A stretch of DNA of 64,000 nucleotides from Patescibacteria group bacterium (GCA_028717685.1 JAQUNI010000001.1:207451-271450); one strand, 5' to 3'; positions 28,396 to 39,761 are shown, counted from the first letter of the stretch. Notes: a model not told the origin generated them from the letters alone. A program made the numbers and translations.

Positions 28396-29265
28396 TTGAT
28401 AAAAATTGCCTATATTTTGTCCCAAGCTACCGCAAAACTTAGAAAGAGACTGATTCCCTCCGCCCCTTTAGAAGCGGAGATTTTATTATCTTCTGTTCTA
28501 AGGAAAAAACGAGAATACCTGCTTGCGCGCCCAGGGGACGCCATAATTTTAAGCCAAAGCCAAAAATACCAAGCCTTAATCTCGCGCCGCGTTAAAGGTG
28601 AACCCGCGGCTTATCTCACACATCACAAAGAATTTTACGGTCTGGATTTTTATGTTAACAAAAATACTCTCATCCCGCGGCCGGAATCAGAACTAATCAT
28701 TGAGGAGGTCAAAAAAATTACAGCATCCTGCGCAAAACCAATTATTATTGATGTAGGCACGGGATCGGGGTGTCTCGCAATTACCTTGGCGCACAGCATA
28801 CCGCGAGCTACTGTATACGCCACTGACCTTTCGCCAAAAGCGCTCTCTGTCGCCCGAAGAAACGCCCGCTTACACAAGGTAACAATCAAATTCCTGCAAG
28901 GCGATCTTATTTCGCCCTTGCCATCTTGCGTTTGGCAGCTACCTAGCAAAAAAATTATTATTGCCAATCTCCCCTATCTTTCAGAAAAATACCGCGAAGA
29001 TATCCGCGACACGAGCTTAAAATATGAACCCAAAGCAGCTCTTTGGGGCGGCAAAGACGGTTTAAAATATTATCGGCAATTATTTCAACAAATCCAAACA
29101 AGAATCAGGAATCAGGAATCAGGAATCAGGATATTTGCGGAAATCAACCCTGAACAAGTGAATAAAATAGAAAGAATAATCAGAAAATATTTTGTCCATA
29201 CAGATATAAAAATCAAAAAAGACCTTGCTGGTCTTGATAGAGTTGTCGTTATAAAAATAAACTAA
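28396..29265 (+). CDS. prmC: Release factor glutamine methyltransferase
   Basis: LIPRPESE, DVGTGSG, ANLPY; follows prfA. Confidence 0.93.
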   Translation: MIKIAYILSQATAKLRKRLIPSAPLEAEILLSSVLRKKREYLLARPGDAIILSQSQKYQALISRRVKGEPAAYLTHHKEFYGLDFYVNKNTLIPRPESELIIEEVKKITASCAKPIIIDVGTGSGCLAITLAHSIPRATVYATDLSPKALSVARRNARLHKVTIKFLQGDLISPLPSCVWQLPSKKIIIANLPYLSEKYREDIRDTSLKYEPKAALWGGKDGLKYYRQLFQQIQTRIRNQESGIRIFAEINPEQVNKIERIIRKYFVHTDIKIKKDLAGLDRVVVIKIN

Positions 29266-29288
29266 TGGTGCCCTAAGTTATTTATTTT

Positions 29289-29443
29289 GTCATTGCGAGG
29301 AGGGCTTATAGTCAGATCCCTCGCTTCCGCTCGGGACAGGCTCCGTAATCTCATCGAGCTATATTTATACAGATCTAGGAGATTGCTTCGGGCTCCGCCT
29401 AGGGCGGATCCCTCGCAATGACGGTATATTTCGTAATTCAAGG
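29289..29443. repeat. CATTGCGAG...CTCGCAATG REP-like composite palindrome; relatives at 34228-34451, 50213-50367 and remnant 52735-52760
   Basis: gtcattgcgagg...gagattgcttcg...cctcgcaatgac, with ccttgaatt/aattcaagg outer ends in several copies. Confidence 0.75.
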
Positions 29444-29454
29444 TAGGCTACGAA

Positions 29455-29802
29455 TTACTCCTCATGAATTTCATCTGAAACGTTAAAAGCGGGAGAGTTG
29501 ATTAAAATTGCTTTAAAATTTCCACTCATTTTATAGGGAGTATTTGCTGGTACATATAAAACTGAATCTTTTTCAACTTTTATTTTTTTATCCTCAAAGT
29601 CAAAAATGGCGTTTCCTTCTAAAAAATAATAAATCCTATCACTGACAGTGTTCATTGTTTGAAGGGCGCTTCCGTGTAATTCAGACACGGCTAAACTTAC
29701 CTTATTAGTAATCTCTTTAGTAATGAAATTGGCTATCTTATAGGTTGCACCTTCACCCCGAATGACAGCCTCGGAACTTCTTTTAAAGATTGGTTTACCC
29801 AT
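29455..29802 (-). CDS. Cupin-domain protein
   Basis: YYFLEG...VLYVPANTPY. Confidence 0.7.
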   Translation of the reverse strand: MGKPIFKRSSEAVIRGEGATYKIANFITKEITNKVSLAVSELHGSALQTMNTVSDRIYYFLEGNAIFDFEDKKIKVEKDSVLYVPANTPYKMSGNFKAILINSPAFNVSDEIHEE

Positions 29803-29827
29803 ATCAATCCTTCATTTTTTTCATTAT

Positions 29828-30946
29828 TTAATAAGTGACGTTTTTTTCTGGCGGCACCACTTCCACCCAGGTTGTGCCGGGGTTAAATTTTATTTCTTTT
29901 CCTTTCTCATCATAAAACCGCGTCCGCTCTTCGCGGCTGCCCTTTTTCCAAATTCCCTGAATTACTTCGCCATCGCGGAAGACGAGAGCCTTATCCCCGC
30001 CAATCGTATGCATACCGAGCCGTCCTTTAATATCACCAGGATCTTTCAATTTAGCCACCATATATTGCACGACGACATTTTTCGCCGCAATCTCCGCGCC
30101 GGAATTTTTGTCTATATGTTTGAAGCCGCCATTGTAACGCAAATATTGATTGTTTTCGCGGTCATACTTCCAAACCACTTGATAGCTGGAAGTAGAAAAA
30201 GGAATCACAATGTCCCGAACCTCCGCTCCCCGGCCACCAAGCTCTTTCTCTTTTTTAAAGAGCCAAGGTTGAAAACTGCCCTTGTCCTCCCAACCTTTGG
30301 ATTGCACAGCTTCCCGCAAAGATTCTATCTTAGTAAAAAGATTATGAGGAGCGAGAGCGTCAGAGGCGCGCCAGAAAAAACTGCCATTATACATTTGATC
30401 TAATTCCTTAATCCCATATTCCCGCGCGAGTTTTAAGGCGTAAGGATCTCCCCCGCAATGGGCATAGACCGCATTGAGCTCGCTTGCCCAATCCAGATAA
30501 TAAACCCGCGCGCTCCGCACTGGTCCGATTTCAGGGATATCTCCATCCTCGGTAAAAAAGGCTAAAAAGCGAGTAATCCCGCCTTCGGCGAGCGCTTCAT
30601 AAACTAAATTGGCTTGAGAGAGACCGGATTGGGGTCTGACCGTTACCAAATTTTCAATCATCACCCCCAAAGGCAGCCTGTTTACTTCCTCTTCTTCAAC
30701 CGGCATTCCGTCAATGAGGCGAATCCCTTGGGGTAAAACGTAATTTTGATTTTGTTGCGCGTCCTCCTGACTTAACTTACTCTCTCCTTCTCCTCCTCGC
30801 GCCTTGGGCGCAAATCCCCGAATGTAAAAAGTACTCAAGAAAACAGCCACTACCAATAAAAAAACAGCCGCGCCAAAAATAATTTGATGCTTGCGGCTTT
30901 CTTTTAACAGAGTAAAAAATTGACGAAAAAAAATTTTGATATGCAT
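29828..30946 (-). CDS. DUF3048-family (YerB-like) protein
   Basis: VMIEN..RPQSGL..A.LVYE...EGGITRF, IGPVRSAR, APHNLF. Confidence 0.85.
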   Translation of the reverse strand: MHIKIFFRQFFTLLKESRKHQIIFGAAVFLLVVAVFLSTFYIRGFAPKARGGEGESKLSQEDAQQNQNYVLPQGIRLIDGMPVEEEEVNRLPLGVMIENLVTVRPQSGLSQANLVYEALAEGGITRFLAFFTEDGDIPEIGPVRSARVYYLDWASELNAVYAHCGGDPYALKLAREYGIKELDQMYNGSFFWRASDALAPHNLFTKIESLREAVQSKGWEDKGSFQPWLFKKEKELGGRGAEVRDIVIPFSTSSYQVVWKYDRENNQYLRYNGGFKHIDKNSGAEIAAKNVVVQYMVAKLKDPGDIKGRLGMHTIGGDKALVFRDGEVIQGIWKKGSREERTRFYDEKGKEIKFNPGTTWVEVVPPEKNVTY

Positions 30947-30961
30947 ATAATGTTAAAAACA

Positions 30962-31627
30962 CTATTTTTCAAATCCTCCGGTTACCCAATCAAACTCACT
31001 TTGCCAATTACGCCCAGAACAACTCCAACCGGGGCTATTCGGATGAGGATTACCGCTTGTCTCAATATCTACTACTCCTAAAACATAAAAGGCTCCTCGG
31101 GAAGCATCGCAACTATAACTCCCAGCAGGATAACGGTAATAGCGATAATTTCCACAATCATAATTATTGATCGGATCTTTTACGTCTTGGCTTAAGAATC
31201 CTGCCGTTCTTAAAGAAGAAATAAAATCACCATCTCCGGGAGTATCCCAACCACCACAACCCTGATAGTCTGAACTAGGATATAACCCATATTGATCATA
31301 ATACAGTGCTAAGGCAGTTATCAATTGTTTCATTGACGCTAATCTTTGGGCGTCTCGCGCTTTTTTTCGGGCATTGTTCACGGACACAGTCACGATTGTT
31401 GCCAGAAGACCGATGATCGCAATCACAACCAAAAGTTCAATCAGAGTAAACCCCGTTAAATGCCGCTTCACGGCAATTTTACCAAAAGCAAAATTATTTA
31501 ATGGGGTAAACCCGATAGAAATTTTAGAACTTACAGCCTGGTGCCTATTGTTACCCTTTATTTCTAATGAGGTAAATTCCCTTGAATGCATTAAAGGATC
31601 AACGCGCTTTTTAGTTTTGCAAGACAT
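30962..31627 (-). CDS. Type IV pilin / pseudopilin with extended leader
   Basis: G|[17 protein letters not shown]; ARDAQR; Cys pairs. Confidence 0.88.
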   Translation of the reverse strand: MSCKTKKRVDPLMHSREFTSLEIKGNNRHQAVSSKISIGFTPLNNFAFGKIAVKRHLTGFTLIELLVVIAIIGLLATIVTVSVNNARKKARDAQRLASMKQLITALALYYDQYGLYPSSDYQGCGGWDTPGDGDFISSLRTAGFLSQDVKDPINNYDCGNYRYYRYPAGSYSCDASRGAFYVLGVVDIETSGNPHPNSPGWSCSGRNWQSEFDWVTGGFEK

Positions 31628-31682
31628 AATCTTCTTGAACTAAAGGATGTTATTCGCGAATAACATCCTGAAATTTGTATTT

Positions 31683-32396
31683 TTATTTTGCATCCTCTTG
31701 CTTTTCTCCTGCTTCTTCTGGGGCTCCAGGTTCGCCTCCTGCTTCGCTTTCAGCCCCTTCCTCTCCCTCTTTTTTAACGCCCTCAACCTCTTCCACTTTT
31801 TCCTCTACTTTTTCTTCTAATTCTTCTAATTCTTTTTCCGAACGTGGCGGCATCACGGAAACGACCACATCTTCAGGGTGAGCCAACACTTCCACATTTT
31901 TTGGAATATCCAAATCTTTGACATGAATAACGTCGTCAAATGTCTTTAAAGAAGATATAGAAACAAGAATAGAGTGAGGCAAGTCTTGAGGCAAACAGGA
32001 GACCTCAATCTCATCTAAACTTTTCACCAAAACGCCATCCAGATCCTTTACCGCCCGCGATACCCCCTTAAATTCCAAGGGCGCTTCCGCGGTAATCTTC
32101 TCGGTCATCTTGACCTCGTAAAAATCTATATGCAAATACTCCCCAGATACTGGGTCGCGTTGCACCTCTTTAACTAAAACCTTGCGCGGTTTTTTTTCTT
32201 TTTCAATGGTAAGATCGATCAAAGAGCTTTCCCCTGCTTCTTGAAAAACCTTTTGAAATTCCTTACGATCAGCAATCAAAAAAACATTTTTCACCTTATG
32301 CCCGTAGAGCACCGCCGGCACCATTGCTTCTCGCCGCAACTTTTTGGGTTTATTTTGAAGATCTCTTAATTTAACTTGTAAAACTAAATCAGCCAT
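31683..32396 (-). CDS. rplY: 50S ribosomal protein L25 (Ctc)
   Basis: VPAVLYGH, VQRDPV..HIDFY, acidic tail. Confidence 0.93.
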   Translation of the reverse strand: MADLVLQVKLRDLQNKPKKLRREAMVPAVLYGHKVKNVFLIADRKEFQKVFQEAGESSLIDLTIEKEKKPRKVLVKEVQRDPVSGEYLHIDFYEVKMTEKITAEAPLEFKGVSRAVKDLDGVLVKSLDEIEVSCLPQDLPHSILVSISSLKTFDDVIHVKDLDIPKNVEVLAHPEDVVVSVMPPRSEKELEELEEKVEEKVEEVEGVKKEGEEGAESEAGGEPGAPEEAGEKQEDAK

Positions 32397-32625
32397 ATTT
32401 GTAAACCCTGTTAGAAATTTATTTCTAACAGGATGAACTTTCTCAAATATCCCTTTAAAAGTCTGCCTTTTAAAGGGAATATAAGCTCAATTTAATAATA
32501 AGACGAAATTCCTCTGTAACTCAAGTTGCGTATTTTAGCGAGGGAAAATAAAATCCCTTTAAAATCTGCATTTGCGGTAGACAAACCTGCCCGCTAGCCT
32601 AGCGGCAGCTTAGACAGGCGGGTTC

Positions 32626-32952
32626 CTAGCGGGTTAAAGAAGCATTTCTAGTCTTCATCTTCTCATAGGTTTCAATGACCTCATCACAATTCACCATTAA
32701 ACTGTCCACAAACCTTTCCAAATCATCTCCCGTAAAATCAGTGACCATATAAAGGGAACTTGTACCCAAAGGATTATTTAAAATGATATTAATAATTGAA
32801 GAAAAGCAAGAAGGACAAAGGATATAAAAAAGATAACGCCCATTTGCTTCCCGAACCAATCTTAAATCCTCCCCACGGTAGACCGCCTGACAAATGGGGC
32901 AACGCGGTTTCACTCCCATTCTTTGGATTAACTCACGATCAGTTTGTGACAT
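32626..32952 (-). CDS. Hypothetical Zn-ribbon protein
   Basis: CPIC...CPSC; SD GGAGG. Confidence 0.65.
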   Translation of the reverse strand: MSQTDRELIQRMGVKPRCPICQAVYRGEDLRLVREANGRYLFYILCPSCFSSIINIILNNPLGTSSLYMVTDFTGDDLERFVDSLMVNCDEVIETYEKMKTRNASLTR

Positions 32953-33107
32953 AAAGTATTCCCTCCTGAAATTTATTATAGCGTAAAATAATAGGTAGTC
33001 AATAAAATCTTATAACTTAAAACCTATAGCTTGTAACTCAAGGAGGGAAATACAGATGCTAAGTCTTGAAATCTTGGGTTACACGTTATAAGTTACAAGT
33101 TACATAC

Positions 33108-34223
33108 TTATTTCTCCCTTCCAAACGCAACCTTGCGATAATTCATATAGATACTCTCTATAAGCCCCAAACTAATCAAAAAACTAATCAACGCTGAACC
33201 GCCATAGCTGATCAAAGGCAAAGCAATGCCTGCCACAGGGACTAAGCCAATATTCATCCCAATATTAATCATCACCTGGCTCAAAATCAAAATAGCTACC
33301 CCCGAAGCCAGAAAAACTCCGAATTTATCTAAAGAGAGGCGGCCTACTTTCAAAATTCTTAAGATCAAAAGCGCGAAGAGAACTAAAACAACGAAACCCC
33401 CAAAAAAACCAAATTCCTCGGCTGTAACCGCAAAAATAAAATCAGTATGCGGCTCGGGAAGAAACTTCAGCTGACTCTGGGAACCATGTCCCAACCCCTT
33501 TCCCCAAATTCCGCCCGAACCAACCGCAATCATGGATTGAATTAAATTATAATTTACTCCCAGCGGATCTGCATGGGGGTTAAAAAAAGCTATGATCCTT
33601 GACTTCTGATAAGGAACAAGCAGAAAAAGCCAAGCAACTAAACTAACCAGAATGAAAACCGATAAAGTGATCAAAATATGTTTTAGTTTTAGTCCCGCCA
33701 CAATAAGCATCCCGACCCACACCACAAGTAAAATGACGGCTGCCCCTAAGTCATGTTCCAGAATGATCAAGCTAACCGGAAGAGCAGTTAAAAACCCAGA
33801 AATTAATAAAACTTTGAGCCTACTAATATGTTCTTGATGGTCAGCAAAAAATGAAGCGAGCGTAATAATTAAAAAAATCTTTGCCATTTCTGATGGTTGA
33901 AATCGAAACGGTCCCAAAGAAAACCAACTCCTGCTCCCCCGAATCGTTGATCCCCAAAAAAGAACCGCAATTAAAAGAAGGAGCATTAAAATGTAAACAA
34001 TGAAACGATAATTCTTCAAAAAACGATAGTCAATAAGGCTTAAACCTATAAGCAAAAAAAAACCGATGCCGGCGGCGATTATTTGGACCTTAATCTTAGC
34101 CAAATTCGCTCCCCCTTCTTCCCATGTAGCGCTGTAAATTACCACCACTCCTATGGAGATTAATAAAAATAAAGGAATAAATAACCGCCAATCAAAATAT
34201 TTGAAAAATTGCAAGATTTTCAT
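33108..34223 (-). CDS. rodA: Rod shape-determining protein RodA (SEDS)
   Basis: FQPSEMAK, LPEPHTDFIF, LPLISYGGS; GSRSWF. Confidence 0.9.
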   Translation of the reverse strand: MKILQFFKYFDWRLFIPLFLLISIGVVVIYSATWEEGGANLAKIKVQIIAAGIGFFLLIGLSLIDYRFLKNYRFIVYILMLLLLIAVLFWGSTIRGSRSWFSLGPFRFQPSEMAKIFLIITLASFFADHQEHISRLKVLLISGFLTALPVSLIILEHDLGAAVILLVVWVGMLIVAGLKLKHILITLSVFILVSLVAWLFLLVPYQKSRIIAFFNPHADPLGVNYNLIQSMIAVGSGGIWGKGLGHGSQSQLKFLPEPHTDFIFAVTAEEFGFFGGFVVLVLFALLILRILKVGRLSLDKFGVFLASGVAILILSQVMINIGMNIGLVPVAGIALPLISYGGSALISFLISLGLIESIYMNYRKVAFGREK

Positions 34224-34510
34224 AAAAACCTTGAATTATGAAATGCGTCGTCTATTAGCGAGAGATCCGCCCTAGGCGGAGACCAAAGCCCGCCCGCCTC
34301 GCCTGAAGCGAAGCGATGGCGGGCAGGCAATCTCCTAAATCTGTATGAATAACAGCTCGATGAGATTACGGAGCCTGTCCCGAGCGGAAGCGAGGGATCT
34401 GACTATAAGCCCTCCTCACTAATAGGCAAAATGAATTCCGCGATTCAAGGTAAAAAGCGGAAGGTTTAAAATCCCAAACCCAAAATCACGATTTTTAAAC
34501 TTTAAAGTAT

Positions 34511-35359
34511 TTAGATATCTCTGTATTCCCCGCTCCCCTGCGGGCTATCCTCTGGCAGAGGTTCCAAAAAATTGTCAGGATTATAGATATTAGTTTCTAT
34601 AAAAATATCCATCCGCTGCATCTCCCCCCGAAAATCTTGCAACCAACGCATCCTGAATTCTCTCTTGGTGTTGGAATAAAAATTGTTTAAGGTGGTGTAA
34701 TTTACAGCCAAAATCGCATCATTCTCCCCCCAACATACCACTTTCACTTCTACGTCTTTAAAATTATAATAACCCTGGTTTTGCACGATAGCAAAAAGCT
34801 CCAGCTGTCCTAGAGGATTTAGAGAAAGGCTCTTTGCATCCTCCAAAACGGAAAGTGAGGGGGACAAGAGATCACTACGGTTTAACCACCGCCCTACGGG
34901 TTTTAGTTCCAGTGTCGCTCTTTCTACTTTTATATCTTGAACTTCAATATCTGGACGAATAATATATTGGGTCTCTCCAGGTAAAATATAACTTGCTCCG
35001 GCAATCTCTTTAATAATCTCCCCTTGCGCGTTAAAAAGAAAAAATTTATAGTCCAAATTTTGCAAACCTAAAGCGGGATTAGGGTTTCTAATGACCGCAA
35101 CCAAATTATATTTATTACCCGAAGGCAAGGCTTCGCATCTAACAACCTCCAAATCCTCCGCAGCCACATTCCTCACGGGGAGAGTGACGAGAATGCCAGG
35201 TTCCGCCGGCCGGGGGTTCCCTAAATACTGCACTACCGAAGCAAAAATATAAATACCGATGACGGCATTCACGGCAATTAAAATCACAATTGCCATCCAA
35301 TCAATTAAACGACGATGTTTAATGTACCACAAAGCAAAACTCACGTTAAAATCTTTCAT
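34511..35359 (-). CDS. Hypothetical membrane-anchored protein (two beta domains)
   Basis: N-terminal TM; IRNPN..YILPGET motifs. Confidence 0.6.
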   Translation of the reverse strand: MKDFNVSFALWYIKHRRLIDWMAIVILIAVNAVIGIYIFASVVQYLGNPRPAEPGILVTLPVRNVAAEDLEVVRCEALPSGNKYNLVAVIRNPNPALGLQNLDYKFFLFNAQGEIIKEIAGASYILPGETQYIIRPDIEVQDIKVERATLELKPVGRWLNRSDLLSPSLSVLEDAKSLSLNPLGQLELFAIVQNQGYYNFKDVEVKVVCWGENDAILAVNYTTLNNFYSNTKREFRMRWLQDFRGEMQRMDIFIETNIYNPDNFLEPLPEDSPQGSGEYRDI

Positions 35360-35489
35360 ATTTTTGTTTCTTATTTTGCGGAAAAGCGCATTGGATTATC
35401 AAGACCAAAACGCATCATTCCTGTCTTTTAATTTAACATAAAAAGCGATTTGTCGCAAATGGCTATATTTAGTATAATAAATCTTAGGA

Positions 35490-36155
35490 ATGGCGCAAAG
35501 ACTGCGTCATAAAATCTCAATGTCTCAAAAAGTTTACAACTGGGATGCAGTTTCTGATTATCTGCGGGAAAACACGCAGGCAGGACTTCAAATAGCCGTG
35601 CTAGAGGCGGATAAAATTTTAATCGCCGTAATTCGAGATTTAAACTATCCTGGCAAAAATGGCGAGGAAAGGTTACTCTTAGCCCAAAAATTATTTTCTG
35701 ATTTTGACCGTGTCAAAAAAGCCCATCGGTTCGCGCAAAAAATCAGAAGAGAAATCGGTTTTTCTCTCACGCCAAAAACTACGGAAGAAATTCTCGCTGT
35801 TTACTACCAAGCTCTTCTAGACATCAAAGAACATTCTAATCCTCGTTTCAAACTTTTCGAAAAAATTGTTTTCTATTTTCAGAAAAGGATTTTGAAGACC
35901 AAAAAATTATTAAAATGGATCGGCATAGGCTTACCTCTTTTTCTTCTTGCCACCCTTTTCCTCGATAAAACCAAAATTGGTCATAAGATAGTGAAAACAG
36001 TGCTCGCGATTAATGATTTTATTTTCTCTTGGCTGATCATTTTAATCTTTCTTGCTGGTGGTATTATCGCCTTGACCTTCGGAAGCATCTGGTATTTTAA
36101 AACGCGCCACAAGATAGATATAGATATGGATATTAACATCAATAAACCCCATTAG
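35490..36155 (+). CDS. Hypothetical membrane protein
   Basis: AVLEADKIL helical N-terminus; two C-terminal TMs. Confidence 0.6.
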   Translation: MAQRLRHKISMSQKVYNWDAVSDYLRENTQAGLQIAVLEADKILIAVIRDLNYPGKNGEERLLLAQKLFSDFDRVKKAHRFAQKIRREIGFSLTPKTTEEILAVYYQALLDIKEHSNPRFKLFEKIVFYFQKRILKTKKLLKWIGIGLPLFLLATLFLDKTKIGHKIVKTVLAINDFIFSWLIILIFLAGGIIALTFGSIWYFKTRHKIDIDMDININKPH

Positions 36156-36254
36156 ACCCTGTTAGAAATTTATTTCAAATGGAGCTAACGGTTTTCGCTG
36201 ACCCCGTTAGATAAGTAAACATCTAACGGGGTAAATAAAATAACACGCAGTTTT

Positions 36255-39200
36255 ATGTTCACCCACCTTCATACCCACTCCCACTATAGCCTTTTGGATG
36301 GTTTAATTAAAATTGATGATCTCGTGCAGATGGCTTCAAAAAACGGAATGAAAGCCCTTGCCTTAACCGACCATGGCGTAATGTATGGCGTGATTGAGTT
36401 TTACGAGAAAGCGCTAAGTGTAGGCCTAAAACCTTTAATTGGCGTTGAGGCTTATCTTGCTAATAATGGGATGACGGACAAGCGGCCCAATATTGATAAT
36501 AAGCAGTATCATTTAGTTTTAATCGCTAAAAACCAACAAGGCTATCAAAATTTAATTAAACTTACCACCCACGCGCATCTTGAAGGCTTCTATTACAAGC
36601 CGCGGATTGACCGCGAACTCTTAAAAAAACACAAGGGAGGTCTCATCGCTCTTTCCGCCTGTTTAAAAGGGGAAATCCCTAACGCGATTATGAATGGTGA
36701 CTTCAAGAAGGCTGAAGAGAGTGCTCTTTTTTATCAAAACACCTTTGGCGCAGGCAACTTCTATCTTGAACTCCAACATCACCCCAACATTCCCGAACAA
36801 GCCAAAGTCAACGCAGAGCTCGTTAAAATTTCCAAAAAGCATAACATCCCTCTGGTTGCCACAAACGATATTCATTATTTGGAAAAAACTGATGCCGAGG
36901 CTCAGGAAATTCTCCTCTGTCTGCAAAGTAAAAAAACCCTTCTTGACCAAAATCGTCCTCTTTCCATGATCGGCGACGACTTTTCTTTCACTCCTCCTAA
37001 ATTAATGGAGGAATATTTTCGCGACATTCCTGAGGCTCTAGAAAATACAGCTAAAGTAGCGAAGATGTGCAATCTCAATATCGCCTTAGGTCAAACCAAA
37101 CTCCCCCATTATCAAGTCCCATCCGGCACTAATCCAATTTCTTATCTTAGAAAACTTTGCCTGTCTGGTTTGCAAAAACGCTACCAAACGAATTATCAAA
37201 AGGCGCCACGCACAATTATAGAACGTTTAAACTACGAATTCTCCGTCATTGAAAAAACCGGCTTTGCCACTTATTTCTTAATTGTCCAAGATTTCGTGAA
37301 TTGGGCCAAGAACCATAATATTATTGTTGGTCCTGGACGGGGTTCGGCCGCCGGCTCCCTGGTTTCTTATCTTCTGAACATTACCGATATTGATCCGATC
37401 GCCCATGAACTATTGTTTGAACGCTTCTTAAATCCAGAAAGAATCTCTATGCCGGATATTGATTTGGACTTCGCGGATACCAGACGCGATGAAGTAATCG
37501 ATTATGTGCGCCAAAAATACGGCCAGGACCATGTAGCCCAAATTATCACTTTCGGAACAATGGCGGCGCGAGCAGCGATACGCGATGTGGGAAGGGTTTT
37601 TAGCTATCCTTACAGTTTTTGCGATCAAATCGCTAAAATGATCCCAATGTTCTTTTCGCTAGAACGAGCTCTCTCCACCGTCCCAGAATTAAAAACCGCT
37701 TACAAGCAAGACGAAAAAGTGAAGAAATTAATTGATACCGCAAAAAAATTAGAGGGAGTAGCGAGGCACGCTTCTACGCATGCCTGCGGCATCTTAATTA
37801 CTAAAGATCCCATTGATGAGGTCGCCCCTCGCCAGTATGCCTCCGCTTCTGATCAGACTATTGTGAGCCAATATGAGATGCACGCGATTGAATCCACGGG
37901 TCTTCTAAAGATGGATTTTCTGGGCTTGAAAAATCTGACTATTCTGGAAAACACCCTGAAAATCATTGAAAAAATCCGCAACGAAAATGTTGAACTTAAA
38001 AAAATCCCGATGGATGATCTCCGAACCTTTAAGCTGCTTGCCCAAGGTAAAACCACTGGCGTCTTTCAATTAGAGTCTTCAGGAATGAAACGATATTTGA
38101 AAGAGCTCCAACCCACGACGTTTGAAGATATAATAGCAATGGTTTCTCTCTATCGTCCTGGTCCCATGGAATGGATTCCCGATTATATCGCGGGAAAAAA
38201 AGGAAAGAAAAAAATTACTTATCTGCATCCTAAACTCAAACCGATTCTGGAAAAAACCTATGGCGTGGCCGTCTATCAAGAACAAGTTTTGCAAATCGCC
38301 CGAGATCTCGCTGGTTTTTCCTTGGGAGAAGCCGACATCTTGCGCAAAGCGGTAGGTAAAAAAATCCCAAAGCTGCTCGCCGAACAAAAAGAAAAATTTG
38401 TTCAAGGCTGCAAGCAAAATGGACTCTCACAAGACCTCGCGGAAAAAATCTTTTCATTTATTGAGCCTTTCGCAGGTTATGGTTTTAACCGCGCGCACGC
38501 AGCTTGTTATGCCCTCATCGGTTATCAAACCGCTTATTTAAAGACTCATTATCCTGCCGAGTTTATAGCCGCTCTATTAACCTCGGATCAGAGTAATACT
38601 GATCGGATCGCTATCGAAGTTGATGAATGTTCAAGCTTAGGAATTAAGGTCCTGCCGCCGGACATTAATGAGAGCTTCGCTAATTTTACCGTCGTCCAAC
38701 AAAAAGACAAAAAAGAAGTGATCCGTTTCGGACTTTCCGCTATTAAAAATGTGGGGGCTAACATCGTCGCCGAAATAATCAAGGAAAGAAAACAAAACGG
38801 CCCTTATCAAAATCTTGATGATTTTATTAAGAGAGTGCAGGATAAGGATTTAAATAAAAAATCGTTAGAAAGTCTTTCAAAATGCGGGGCGCTGGACAAA
38901 TTCGGCGAACGCAACCAAATACTTGCCAATACTGACAAGATTCTGCATTATGCCCGCGAGTATCGCCGCGTCAACGCCATTGGACAACGCGACTTGTTTG
39001 GAAATCTTTCTACCACCCAAGCGAATTTCTCCAGATTGCGCCTAGGAGAAGTCGCTACTGCTTCCAAGGAAGAAAAGCTAACATGGGAAAAAGATCTCTT
39101 GGGTCTCTACATCTCCCATCATCCCCTTGATGATTATCGCGAATACCTCGCTTATAAAACGACACCCATTCACGCTTTGAATCCTCTCCAGAAGAATGAT

Positions 39201-39761
39201 CTTGTGACTTTGGGAGGTATTATCACAAAAATCAAAAAAATTATCACTCGCAAGGGCGATCCTATGCTTTTTGTGACTTTAGAGGATTTATCTGACAAAA
39301 TAGAAATTCTCGTTTTCCCCCGCCTTCTAGCGCAAAACCCCACTCTTTGGCAGGAAAATAAAATTGTCCTTCTCTCGGGTAAACTCTCGGATAAAGACGG
39401 TGAACTAAAACTTCTCGCCGACAGCGCCTCTCACGTTACTAAGGAGATATTGACAGAATTTCAACAAAAAGTCAGAGAGCAAAAAATAGATCCAGATTCT
39501 GTGTTTGTGGCGAAACAAAAATGTCCAAAGGTCCAAATCAAACTGCCGCGAGCGGCGGATCGCGACCTGTTGATTAAGTTGAAACAATTCTTGGCCTCCC
39601 ACCCTGGATCCTGCCCGGTTTATCTTTCTATTCCTAATGGCAACCCCTCTTCCCCAGAACAAATCAAAACCGAGTTTAAGGTGGATCTGCAACAGAATGT
39701 AACCCAAGAATTAAAAAACTTTATGGGGGGAGAAAATGTGTCGGTAATCAGTAATCGGTAA
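36255..39761 (+). CDS. dnaE: DNA polymerase III alpha subunit
   Basis: HLHTHSHYSLLDG PHP domain; GPGRGSAAGS; MPDIDLDF; GYGFNRAH. Confidence 0.98.
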   Translation: MFTHLHTHSHYSLLDGLIKIDDLVQMASKNGMKALALTDHGVMYGVIEFYEKALSVGLKPLIGVEAYLANNGMTDKRPNIDNKQYHLVLIAKNQQGYQNLIKLTTHAHLEGFYYKPRIDRELLKKHKGGLIALSACLKGEIPNAIMNGDFKKAEESALFYQNTFGAGNFYLELQHHPNIPEQAKVNAELVKISKKHNIPLVATNDIHYLEKTDAEAQEILLCLQSKKTLLDQNRPLSMIGDDFSFTPPKLMEEYFRDIPEALENTAKVAKMCNLNIALGQTKLPHYQVPSGTNPISYLRKLCLSGLQKRYQTNYQKAPRTIIERLNYEFSVIEKTGFATYFLIVQDFVNWAKNHNIIVGPGRGSAAGSLVSYLLNITDIDPIAHELLFERFLNPERISMPDIDLDFADTRRDEVIDYVRQKYGQDHVAQIITFGTMAARAAIRDVGRVFSYPYSFCDQIAKMIPMFFSLERALSTVPELKTAYKQDEKVKKLIDTAKKLEGVARHASTHACGILITKDPIDEVAPRQYASASDQTIVSQYEMHAIESTGLLKMDFLGLKNLTILENTLKIIEKIRNENVELKKIPMDDLRTFKLLAQGKTTGVFQLESSGMKRYLKELQPTTFEDIIAMVSLYRPGPMEWIPDYIAGKKGKKKITYLHPKLKPILEKTYGVAVYQEQVLQIARDLAGFSLGEADILRKAVGKKIPKLLAEQKEKFVQGCKQNGLSQDLAEKIFSFIEPFAGYGFNRAHAACYALIGYQTAYLKTHYPAEFIAALLTSDQSNTDRIAIEVDECSSLGIKVLPPDINESFANFTVVQQKDKKEVIRFGLSAIKNVGANIVAEIIKERKQNGPYQNLDDFIKRVQDKDLNKKSLESLSKCGALDKFGERNQILANTDKILHYAREYRRVNAIGQRDLFGNLSTTQANFSRLRLGEVATASKEEKLTWEKDLLGLYISHHPLDDYREYLAYKTTPIHALNPLQKNDLVTLGGIITKIKKIITRKGDPMLFVTLEDLSDKIEILVFPRLLAQNPTLWQENKIVLLSGKLSDKDGELKLLADSASHVTKEILTEFQQKVREQKIDPDSVFVAKQKCPKVQIKLPRAADRDLLIKLKQFLASHPGSCPVYLSIPNGNPSSPEQIKTEFKVDLQQNVTQELKNFMGGENVSVISNR

